This document shows positions 51,386 to 62,810 of a DNA stretch of 64,000 nucleotides, piece by piece. The position numbers were made by a program, and so were the translations under genes. The stretch is from the NCBI GenBank assembly GCA_964188305.1, contig OZ076892.1; one strand, written 5' to 3'. The DNA is from Podarcis bocagei (taxonomy: Eukaryota). Numbering within the stretch: the stretch's first letter is position 1; the number at the start of each line of letters is the position of its first letter. The notes under the pieces are model-generated. The model did not search any database, was not told the origin of the DNA, and saw only the letters and a list, made by a program, of their open reading frames with translations.

Positions 51386-52994
51386 AGCACTGTTTTCCTG
51401 TGGCAATTGTGTGCCATTTGGAAGGCTATTTTATGGAGACGCTTAACTGTCACATAGCTATAAACTTGTGGCCACTGGGATAGTTCTCCTATAACAAGCC
51501 CTTTAAGAGACATTTGATTAATTGATTAATTAGCAAGCGATCAGGCTTACCCAAATCTTATGAAAAATCTTGGATTTTAAAATAAATTTAAAAAATAGAT
51601 GAAGCAAACTCGCAAGTGATGCATTATAAACCCTTGGAAGTGTGAAAGAAGATATTAGAGGAAGTAGCCACTAATCCCACTCACTTTAAAGTCAAATTTA
51701 ATACGCAGTCTTGTAATACTGGGCACTCTCCATTACCTTGAAGAAGGACTAATAACTATTGATATAATGTGATTGTTCTGCCAAGCTGCAAAGGGAAGTA
51801 GATTGTTGCTGTGGAAAGCACTTGGCAAACATAGTTTCAGAAAGCTCCTGGATGAGTGGAGTTCAGAAGCTCCTTTCAGAGTGCTATCTTGCACTGTTCA
51901 AAGGCACTGCCTCATACCTGACATCATAGTCATAGAATTGTAGATTTGGAAGGGGGTCCTGTCCAATGCCCTCCAATGCAGAAACTACACCTAAGAAATC
52001 CCTGGCAGATGGCCAGCCAAACTTTGTTTCAAAACCTCCACACATCTGTCTGTGAGCTGTAGACCACGTCAGTTTAGAATTTGCAAAGAAAGAATTTCTG
52101 TTTCACACTCATTCCTAAATCCTTACCCATTGTGCCACCAAACCTTCCTAGAAGGTTAAGGTTGTGAAGGAATGCACCTTGAAAATATTGGGTTTCACTG
52201 AACAATTACAAGAACCTCAACCCAACATTATTATTTTCAGGGGAAGGGATGTGGCTCAATAGCACAGCATCTGTTTTGCCAAAGATCCCAGGTCCAAACC
52301 CCAGCATGCCCAGGTGAAGTTTCCAGGTCCAAAGCTGGTCTTCTTGATTTCAAAAATGGACCAGTGTGTTTTAAGTTTAGGGATTTGGCTCCATCTCTTC
52401 TTCAACTACTACCACTTAAATTTTGGTTCAGAAAGTACATAGACAACTAAACTTTTAACAGCCAAGGAGAAGGATGCATCCTCTGGCCTTCCTGTTGGGA
52501 ATCTTTCTGGTTGCAATCGCTTTGCAGACAGCAGAGTATAATGAAAAAGAATGCAAGGTGAGGCAGTGAGCTTGGGAGCAATTACCGAGATCGCCTGGCA
52601 GTCCATTTGATCGGACTCGTGTTCACCCTCCCTGCCCATTCCCTGGTATCTTTTCCCAGGCAATACATTTGGAATTAAGGACAAATTGTAATTACTTTCG
52701 TTGGTAATGAGAGCTTCTGAAGAAAAAGAAAGTGATAGATTCCAAATTTTATCAGAGCTGACAGGGAACATTATTTGTGTTGCATTAGTACTGGCACATT
52801 GTCAAACTTGAAAGGCCCTAAAGATCGCTTCCCTCCTGCTCTTCCCTACAGGGGAAGAGTGGTCAACCAAGGCATTCACAAAACGAAACCTAGAAATGAC
52901 AGACACTACCCTTGCTTCACGAGAAACCCATGCAGGTCTTTATTCTGAACAGGGAGGGACAAATGTGTCAGTTTCAGTTTCTCATCTTTCCTTT

Positions 52995-53388
52995 AAAAAT
53001 ATATATATATATTTCTGTTATTCCATTTTATAATATTCAACAATGAATGTAAATCCACACAAATTCAAGAATGTTTTCTGTGACTTTCCTCCCTTCCGTT
53101 CTGCAGTTTGTTATTTTTCTATCATATTCTTACTGCGTATCCAAATTTACCCTTTTTACCAGTTTATCCTTTTTAATTCCCTTAGATTTCTTACAGCTTG
53201 TGTTTATTTCAACGTTTTCAAATGTTTACAGTTTGTTTTCATATATTCAATAAATTTCCCCCATTCTGCTACAAAACATTTATCATCTTGATCTCTTAAT
53301 ATTCCGCTAAGTTTCACCATCTCTGCATGTTCCATCAGTTTTAGTTGCCAATCTTTTTGGGGGGTCAGTTCCTCTTTCCAGTTTTGTC
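52995..53388 (-). mobile_element. L1 LINE ORF2 C-terminus plus 3' UTR (decayed)
   Basis: Minus strand reads WKEELTP..DWQLKLMEHAEMVKLSGILRDQDDKCFVAEWGKFIEYMKTNCKHLKTL, typical of squamate L1 ORF2 ends; A-rich UTR and AT-rich tail. Confidence 0.75.
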
Positions 53389-53489
53389 CACATCTTTAAT
53401 CTCCATGGAGAGATCTACAAGTGTTTCAGGGGGTTCCAGTTCTGGGTCTAAAGCTGTTGAGTCATTTAATGTAGCCAATATCCATCTGC

Positions 53490-53853
53490 GAGAGTCTTTG
53501 TATTGACTTGTGGCACCCTTCAGAATGGGATTTATATCACAAAGTTCCCATATTTGCCATCTCACTGAAGGAGGGAAAACCACTGGATTTTCAAATTTCT
53601 CTACCTACTCATACCTTTGCAACATACTTATGACAAGCCGGCAGGAGTTTACTCGGTTGCTGCTGATGCTTCTCTGATTCCTGGATGATACATTCAGGAG
53701 AGAAGAGCTCCTCAGAGAGTCTGGCCAAATGTTCATCCATTTTCTTCACCATCTCCTTCTCTATCTCTTTCCCCTCATTCACCAGGCACTTCTCTTCATC
53801 CTCCAGAAACTGATGCACTTGTTTCCTTATCAGTTCCCATTATTTTAAGAAGC
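53490..53853 (-). pseudogene. Processed (intronless) TRIM pseudogene fragment, RFP/TRIM27/TRIM39-like coiled-coil and linker
   Basis: LLKIMGTDKE/fs/QVHQFLEDEEKCLVNEGKEIEKEMVKKMDEHLARLSEEL..QQPSKLLPA/fs/VISMLQRYE*VEKFENPVVFPPSVRWQIWELCDINPILKGATSQYKD. Two frameshifts and a stop codon; segments that are normally separate exons are contiguous. Confidence 0.85.
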
Positions 53854-53983
53854 TCTCATCTTTCCTTTCCTGTGTTTTCTCTATGTAACAGCATAGGAGC
53901 CAACCCCAGGGGGTCATGGGTGCCTGGGCATCCACAATAATATAATTGCAAGGGCCAAGCACCCACAAAGTCATTGAGAAAAG

Positions 53984-53998
53984 CCAGCAGGTGGCAGC
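53984..53998 (+). promoter_or_regulatory. Candidate CTCF site
   Basis: CCAGCAGGTGGCAGC matches the CTCF core; motif match only. Confidence 0.4.
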
Positions 53999-54879
53999 GG
54001 CACTACCTCTGAGAGAGAAGCAGTTCAGCTCCTTTCTTTGCAGCCAGAGAGTGAGGCAGTCTCTTCACATGTTCATGTTGAGGGTGTGTGTCCTGGCAAA
54101 GGCCAGGAAAAGAGACCTGGAAGGCTACATTTGACCCTCAGGCCTGAGGTTCCTCATCCCTTCTCTATCCTATTTCCACTGGGATGCCCTTAGCATCTAT
54201 CCTGTGGTCCCCAGGATTGGTGCCTTAGTGCTTATGTTTTCATCTGGCCCAGCTGCAACATTTTCTGCATCTCACCACACTCAACTTTTTTTCAGATTGT
54301 TGATCTCCCTTTTTCAAATTAACACTGACTGCATTATATTGGAGGCTTTTTTTTCCCTTTTAAGGTGGGAAGGGTAATTAAGTGCCACAAAATTAAAGAC
54401 TGAGAGGGAAATGATGTAAAGAAATTAGTTCGGATATTAAATGGGAAGTTTATATGAGACCTTTACAGCATTTTGTCAAGCAGAAACCAACTCATTTATT
54501 TCAAACGTTAAAAAGGAGCCCTCAATCAATCTCAGAACTTCATTTAACACCGTAATGAATTCAATTGACCTTTATGTTGCAGGGAAACTGTGTTTAAGGA
54601 AGGGGGAGGCAGCAACTTATCTGAGTGGCAAGTTTATCACTACTGGCAACTGATGGTTGATGAGGGGATTCTAATTCCCCTTGTTTAGATATACACACAC
54701 TGTTGTCCCTGAGCCTGCTGAACAGACTGCTCACAAATCCTGATTCCAAAGGAATTTTTTTTTAATTACATCAGTGGAATGCAAATGTGTGTTTCATTGA
54801 GACATTGGGGGGACGGATGGACCTGGGAGGGCCAAATTTGACTCAGCTCTGCCCACCTGTGGACTTGGTGTGATATCAG

Positions 54880-56110
54880 GCTAGACTGGAGGGGCAGGGT
54901 GGAGGTGCTGCTGTAGACCACAGGAGTTCATTTTCCACCAATGGGAAACCCCTCATTCTTGAAGTGAGACTGGAGGGTCAGCATCTGATGTTGGGCCAAA
55001 GGGACAAGTTAGGAATGCTGTTAGGATACTACTCACCTGGTGCTTAAATGTCTCCCTGATCAAGCTGGCCAAGGTTGCCTCTGGTATGGGGTTGAAGGGA
55101 CCCAGGACCGTGGTTTTGGGTGACTTCAGAATTCATGCTGAGGATCCCTCAGGTCTGGCTCACAAGTTTATGTCCTCCATGGCAACCATGTGCCTCTCTC
55201 AGAAGGCCATTGGTCCAATGCACAGATGTTCATTGGTCTAGAGCAGGGCATACCCTTGATTTAGTGTTTGCCCCCATGAAGGTAAGGGTGGTGGTGGTCT
55301 GGGAATAGGTAGGGTGGATATCACTACATTCTCATGGTCATACGACTTCCTGGTGAGGTTTGGATTTGCTGACAATTCTTCCTTGCAAGGGTAGGACACC
55401 AATGGTCCACCCTAGAGATTGCTCTGGATGGTCCCCCCCCCCCCAGTGAGTAGAGTAGAGCAGAGCAGGTGATCTTGTTAAGGCCCTAGTTTCTCTTTGG
55501 AATTTTGACATGAGCACTCTTCAGGGTCCCCTCTGGTGTAGCTATGAGGGCAACAAAGACATCCTACTTCACTGTCTCCATTGTGTCATTTGAGAGGTGT
55601 TTCTTGCGGTTTAGAGGTTGGTTACTCCTCACCAGGGTGGTAGACCTCTGGAGAACACAATGTTTAACTGTAACCAAATGACTAAACACTTGTACATAAT
55701 TTCCTTTAATTATACACATTTTTTCCCCAGAGCAATTTTCACAAACAGAACACATTTTTCTATGACATTTTCACTAATATATGCATTTCCTGCACGCTTT
55801 ACCCTTGTACATGCTTTTCTGTAGACATAGGTGGAGAACAGCAGCGCAAAATTTGGAGAAGTGTGAGTCAAGAAGGATGACTGTGTTTTGGTTCACATAT
55901 TGTTTTGGAATGCATTGGCCTTTGGATTGGCCTTTAAATGATGGTAGTATTGTTATACCCACTTCTGGGTCAGGATAGCCAGACCACTGTCATCCATGGT
56001 AACCTCTAGGCTGGATTACTGCAAGGTGCTCTATGTGGGGCTGCCCTTGAGGTGGCTCCAGAAACTGCATCTAGTGCCAAATGTGACATATTGACTGTTC
56101 ACTGGGGCAG
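54880..56110 (+). mobile_element. Decayed L2 LINE pieces (endonuclease ~54880-55540; post-RT region ~55965-56110) with other repeats in between
   Basis: RLEGQGGGAAV..RSS and AGHTLDLVF endonuclease motifs; VTSRLDYCKVLYVGLPL..LQKLHLVPN motif. Confidence 0.75.
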
Positions 56111-57197
56111 GACTAGGGTTTAGTGTTACATGGAAACCTGGCTCTGAGGGCTTGCATTCCAAGACATCATGCACAAGGGTCAAGCGATGAAGCTGGGATG
56201 GCAGCCAAGCTCCAATTTGTAACAAGGCTGTTGTCAACAGCCAGCTGATCCCTGCTGACAAAGCATCCCTTGGGTCTTCCCTGTGAGAATCCACGACTTT
56301 TTCCTGTTCACTGCCCACTGCAGCATTTGACCTGACTGCACCTGCTGGGTTTACTTACTACCTGCCATACCACCACCCATCTATGTTCCTAGCAGTCTTA
56401 AGCTGAACACCTGGGTCCTTTTTGTTCACTTCCAGGCAACAAAACAAAAGGAAGGAAGACTTTGTCCTCACTCAAGGACTTATCCCACCTTCTTCAGCTG
56501 GCACGGGAACAAACATTTTGTTCTGCAAACTAACCAGCAGAGAAGGGAACAAAAAATAAAAAATAAAAATGTACGGGCAACTTTCCTACTCCCAGAGCAA
56601 TTATTATCAGCTAATATGAGCTGAGAGTCCCCACACCTCTCCTGCTGATTGAAATCTCATTTGTCTCTGTGCACTTTCAAAATGGAAGTGAATGCAATCA
56701 CTACCCCTGGAAAATAATAGAGAGCTGGGATTTGAAGCTCAGGGTCACCCTCGTTACTTAAAGAGAGGAGGAAAGAGTTGACTGGGGACAGAAAGATTAT
56801 TTGTCAAGTACAGTCATTCCAGTGGAAATAGTAGATTAGCAGTCTGATCTGATGCATGTTTACCCAGACATTTATCAATGGAACTTACTCTCATGCTTAA
56901 GATTGCAACCTTACAACTTGCTTTTATGCATGTTTACTCAGAGCCCCACACCCTTAGGAATGCAGACAACTGCTTTAAACTGATCCAGACTATTGACTAA
57001 TCTAGTGCCAACACTGGTAGCCATTGATAGTCTGATCTTCCATGACATTGTCTAACCCCTCTTCAAAATCATCCAAGTTGCTGGTTATTATACAGGAGCA
57101 AACTTCATAGTTTAACTATGTGCCATATCAAGAAATTCTATCCGCCATGACTCCAAGATCTTTTGCCTGGTCAGTCACTCCCAATTCAGACCACATA

Positions 57198-57935
57198 TGT
57201 GTTGGCATCCATCTGTCTTGGGAGGCAATGGAAGGGTAAAGTCAAACCTATGGGAAGTTACAGCACCTGCTGTGGCTGTAGAGACCAATATGGGAGAGGT
57301 ATGTTTTATTGCAGGTGGGGCAGACGAAAGCATCCAGTCTTGCTGCTACAGGTGCACCATGGTGTTTCTTCTCTCTGCCCTCCTTCCAACGGTCATTCAT
57401 CCTCTGGTCACTGCTATGGATGCACGGCCTGACTGTATCCAGGCACTGCAATCAAATGCAAGGGATTCTCATACAGTGGGGTACATGTTGCCAGCCTTCA
57501 TGTCACATTTTCAGACATCCTTGTAACACAGAGTAGGTCTGTCAACAGCCCTAGGGCCTGAAGCCAGCTCCCTGTAAAGCATGTCTTTGGGGATCCAGCC
57601 ATCTTCCATTCTGTGTACATTACCAAGCCAGCACAGACGTTGCTGAGACAAAACTGTGAACATGCTGGGAAAGTGGGCTTTGGAGAGCGCATATTGGTTT
57701 GAGACTCTGTCCTGCCATGTGATGCCCAAAATCTTCCTGATGGACCACATATGGAAAGCATTGAGGCATAGCTCTTGGTGGTTGCAAGTTGTGAATGAGT
57801 CACTTCTATAAAGCAGCATGCTCAACACACAAGCCTGGTAGGCTTCCATCTTGGTGTTGGTTGTTAGCATCACATTCTCCAATACCCTTTTGCAGAGGTG
57901 AGCCATTGTCGTAGCTGCCTTGCCAATATGCTTGC
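57198..57935 (-). mobile_element. RTE-clade LINE 3' part (decayed)
   Basis: TKMEAYQACVLSMLLY..IRKILGITWQDRVSN..QQRLCWLGNVHRMEDGWIPKDMLYREL..GPR...RP.LCYKDV; C-terminal zinc finger FVCPTCNKTYLSHIGLYSH. Confidence 0.9.
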
Positions 57936-59805
57936 ATATATGATATTATTTACCCTCTCCTGAATCTGTGGTTATATCCAGTGTTTGTCCTACTCACTGT
58001 AAACTGCTGAACCTAATGGACATGGGACTACTTTGAGCAAAACTTAGTTGGTACAACCCATGGGTTCTTCACCATAAATGGCTTATGCCTCACACTATCC
58101 TTACCCCCATTTTGGGGTACCCCCCCCTTTGCCTCTTAGATTGTGTTTCCAGCCTGATTGATAGATGCCTTCAAACTGGCAGTGGTGGTGGGGTGGTGGT
58201 GGTGGTGGCACCTCCAAGAAAACAAAGAGATTGAGTCGTCATCCCTGGCACGATAAGTCACAAAGGGGAGCTGTTTGCAGCATCAGTAACAGATGCTTTC
58301 CAGGTGATATCTGACAAGCTATTAACAAAGCAGACTGAGAAAAGGAGATGCTTTGTAACAGTGATGGTTATGCAAGATTAATGCTGATTTGGAAGCTATT
58401 ACATCCAACACCAGCTATCAGATGCTACGCTTTGAAAAGAGATCTAAGGGGTTTTTACTCTTCCTTCCCTTTTGCTTGAAAACAGGGAAAACAGTCGTGT
58501 CTTCTCCCAAAGAATTCTGGGAGCTGTAGTTTGTTAAGGGTGCTGAGAGTTGTGGGAGAGCCCCATTCCCCTTACAGAGTTACCATTCTCAGAGTGGTCC
58601 CTTCACAGGAAACTCTGAGAAATGTAGCTCAGAAAAAAGAAAGTTCCATTGTGTCTAATGGGGTTTACTCTCCGGTCAGTGCATTAAGGGCTTTCATTCT
58701 AATATCAGTATCAGAGGATTAATAGACACATCAGGTTCTGAATACCTGGGGGGAATCACCCAATGCCCTCTCTGTTTCCAGCACCTCCTCCTTCTCAAAA
58801 CCTTTTCAATATAATTAGTTTTCACAATCTGTTTGTTTTTTAAAATGTAAAATGTAAATTTTAATTTGGCGAAAGGCTAGATTACCCAAACTCTTCAGAA
58901 TGAACCAATGTGGCATACATACTTCAGATAATTTGCTGTGGACTCAAGATGATTATTTATATTCTGCTATCAGCTTCCAGTGCATTGTAGTGGCAGCCAA
59001 TAATTTAAGTTGCTTTAAAATTGTTTTTAATTTTGTTTTTAATGCTGTAACCTGCCCTAGGATCTTAGGATGAAGGGCAGGTTATTGATATTGATAATAA
59101 TATTAATAATAATAGCTTCCCCATGACATAAGGCCTAATATCTAATAATAGAAAATTGACTTTGGGGGGAAAAATTAAAACCCAACAATATGAGTAGTAA
59201 TAGTAGCATTACTGGTAGTATTACTATTAGTTCTGGGTAATGTTTGAACAGTTGATAAATAAATGCTTCCATGTAAGCCACTGTCAAAATTACATTGAGT
59301 GGGATGGAATACATGAGTCAAATTTTCCACTTCCTTAGACCCACACTGATTTTCTGCAGCAGGAATTTCTCTCATGTGGCTGCTTAACTGAGCAGACATT
59401 AAGCAGACAAATGACATTGTGTCTCCCACACATTGGGGGGAGAATCAGCAAACTACACTGGGAGCTTGTATACCTGAATAAATGATGCATAATGGTTATG
59501 CATTCATAACTCAGGTCTTCACTGGGTGAATTTTTTTGGTGGCGGTAAAACCATACCCGGCTTGTGCTACTCCGGAGTGTAGGTGGCGCTGGGAGAAATC
59601 ACACAATAGAAATGTTCCTTCTTATAGAGTGGGGTGTGTGTGCAAATCTATCAGTTTTGGTGTCGCTCTTTTTTCCAACCGGAAGCTCAGTTCCCCACAT
59701 TTCCACATCAGTCTGCAATTTGTATTTCATTTTTTAAAAAAAGACCGCATGAAAATTCATCAGCATTTCATTGTGAATTTCTCCTACCATGCATTTGTAG
59801 GTGAG

Positions 59806-60093
59806 CATAGTTAAACTTTAGAATTTGCTCCCACAGGAGGCAGTGATGACCACCAACATTTTTGGCTTTAAAAGAGGATTGGACGAATTAATGGCGAAGA
59901 AGGTTATCAATTCCCACTAGCCACAATGGCTATGCTCTGCTTCCACAGCCAGAGACTGACTGACACCACTTGCTGGAAGCCACAGGAGGCCTCAGTAATG
60001 ATGGCTTCCTACAGGCACCTTGCTAGCCACTGTGAGAACAGGATGTTGGATGAGCCATTAGTTTGACCAAGCAGGCTCTTCTTGTGTTCTTAC
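59806..60093 (+). mobile_element. Old CR1 3' fragment inside the AGGGATG-type MITE
   Basis: GCATAGTTAAACT..CTCCCACAGGAGGCAGTGATG..AAAAGAGGATTGGAC..GCAGGCTCTTCTTGTGTTCTTA. Confidence 0.75.
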
Positions 60094-60121
60094 GTTTTTG
60101 CATGTGATTTCTCCTGATATA

Positions 60122-60475
60122 GGGACACAGGTGGCGCTGTGGGTTAAACCACAGAGCCTAAGACTTGCCGATCAGAAGGTCAGCGGTTTGAATCCCTGTG
60201 ATGGGGTGAGCTCCCGTTGCTCGGTCCCAGCTCCTGCCAACCTAGCAGTTCAAAAACACGTCAAAGTGCAAGTAGATAAATAGGAACCGCTCCAGCGGGA
60301 AGGTAAATGGTGTTTCCATGCATTGCTCTGGTTCGCCAGAAGTGGCTTAGTCATGCTGGCCACATGACCTGGAAGCTGTACGCCGGCTCCCTTGGCCAAT
60401 AAAGCGAGATGAGCGCCGCAACCCCAGAGTCGGCCACGACTGGACCTAATGGTCAGGGGTCCCTTTACTTTTACC
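60122..60475 (+). mobile_element. Sauria SINE (Squam1), full length
   Basis: Same structure as the 14659 copy; 12-bp TSD TCTCCTGATATA at 60110-60121 and 60476-60487. Confidence 0.95.
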
Positions 60476-62439
60476 TCTCCTGATATAATGCATTTTTGTA
60501 TCTTATTTTCACTAATATATGCACACTTTAACCTACTTTATACATTTTTTTTGTACACATAGCATGGTTGGAGAACAGCACCGCAAATTGTTCTGTTGGA
60601 GAAATGACAACTTTGAAGGGATGGCGGTGGCTCAGTTCACATCTTGTTTCGGAAATTGCGAATTATGTAAGTTCGCCTTCAAATTTGCACTGAGCCGAAT
60701 TTCTCCCCCTTCCCTAGCAAGAACACTTTAATTGTGGTAGAGAAATCTGTTATGTGATAGTCTAAGGGTGGTGCAGCCAAGGCAGCGAGTTTACCACCAC
60801 CACCATCACATCCTTCCAGCTCCTTTGCTAGAATAATCTTCCCAATAAACAACTGAGCCAATGCTAATGAGAAAAAAGTAGTTACAATGTATATACAGAG
60901 AAGCCATCTATTGTTGAGTGGGAAACTCTATAATTGCGCTAGAGATAATTGCCTTTTTGCAAGAATCCCATTCATAACCAACATGTATTAACCTTTGAGG
61001 CAAATAGAACAACAACAGAAGATGGGGAAAAAATCTATATCTGATGCGCCAGCAAAAGGTGGGGGTTTATTTGGTGGGGGAGAAATCCACTCAGAACAGC
61101 CAGTTTCATGACCCTGAACACCAACTTTGCTGGACTTTTCAAATATTCTTTGTCAGTCCCTTCAGCTTAAAGACAGACGGCTCTTTCTGCTTTCCTCACT
61201 GTTTTTCCAGCATCAGCCCTGACTAGAGACATCCGGGATCAATTCAAGGTGTCCTTTCTGACAGCTGAGACTGCAATCCTAAGTGCACTTGGAAGTAAAT
61301 CTGACTGAAATCAGTGGGAAATGCTGATAAATAGAAAGGTCAGAGAATCCTGATGAAAACAAAAATAGGAGTGGAAATAGGCAACTTTTACTTATTTGTC
61401 CCATGTCTGGAAAAGAACTCTGTCCAATGAATTTGGTTAGTGTCTCCTGCTGCTGTTGCTTTCAGTCCACAAATAATCTGTAATTAAGCATGTTTCCCCC
61501 TGTTTGTATTGCATTTCCTTTGCACTGAAATGAAGAGGTTGGAATAACGTACTAACAAGTCAACCTGCATAACTTATGACATTAATTACACAAATTATGT
61601 ATATTATATAGTTTTGCTACAGCAGGTAGCGAGATGAATTATGAACTTTGGCAGAAGGGAAACTGCAGCAGAAGAGAAACAGTGTTGCATGGCACAATGG
61701 AAAACAGGGCATTTTCACATTCCTACTTCTGAGAAATAAACTAACATTAGTTAGTAGAGCTGGGCAGAAACCTCTCATCTCTGACCCAGAATTAATTCAG
61801 ACCTTATTGAATTCCAAACTCCAAACTCTGATCCTGGTTCGGTTACCTCCAGGCATGCTTGGCCAACTGATTAGTTGTTGTTATGCCACATCTTCCTCCT
61901 TCCTGGAGTCCAGGACAGCTATCAATAATCTTAAAACATGAGGCAAAGCTGTGTGTCACCTGCATACTTATTTAAATAGGTGAAGATGCACCCAGGTATT
62001 TCCTTGATCTCTTGACCTGAGTCTTCTGTTTTCGTTTATTTTAATTATGGATGGAACACACACACACCCCTACCTCACATTGTAATGAGATTATTTTATC
62101 ATATATTTTAGTTATGGGTGTTCATATTTCACTGTTTGTGCATTTGCTATTTTATTTTGCAACCTATTTTGGCAACAACAACAACAACAGTATTCAACTA
62201 CCATGTCTTGTTAACACAAAGATGTCCACTTCTGCAATGGGACTTCCTCCCCCTCCTCCCTTCACATGCAACTCTCGCCCACATCTGCTTCAGAAGGTTC
62301 ACTGAACATCTAGAAGAGATTTAGGGGACATACAAGAGGAGGAGACGGGGAGAATGCTTTGTTCAGCAAACAGAAATCCTCGCACTGATGGAACATTCAC
62401 TTAGCATTGTGATGGATATATCCTAATATATTTATTTTA

Positions 62440-62810
62440 TGTATATAAAAATGCCCATGCACCATTCAGGGCAGCTCATCACATTAAAAATCACAATACA
62501 ACAAAACAAACCTTAGCCCAAACCTCTGGATGACCTTACCCAATGACTCATGCAGATATTAAAGAGCATGGGAGAAAAAATTGATTCCAAGAAGCAAAGA
62601 TGTCTAGGGGTCCTTCCTCTTATGTGGCCTGCCTGACCTATATGGTTGATCTCCCGCTGCCCCCAATATTTTAAATGGTGACACCACCAACCACTGGGCA
62701 TAGGTCCTTAATCACCCAGCTCCCCAACACATCTTGGACAAGCCACCCTTTAGAGCTTTTCAGGCTCAATGAAAGGAATTTAATTTGGAGCTCTCTCTGA
62801 CTCCCTGCAC
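62440..62810 (-). mobile_element. Decayed L2 LINE fragments
   Basis: Minus strand SIFSPMLFNICM matches the L2 RT motif GSILSPMLFNIYM. Confidence 0.55.

Noticed and set aside
53365-53818. Functional TRIM exons
   Set aside because: Two frameshifts, an in-frame stop, no RING/B-box or PRY-SPRY nearby, and no introns.
59571-59592. CTCF-like AGGTGGCGCTG
   Set aside because: Only the right half matches, and the same word occurs in the Sauria SINE head at 60129, so it is weakly informative.
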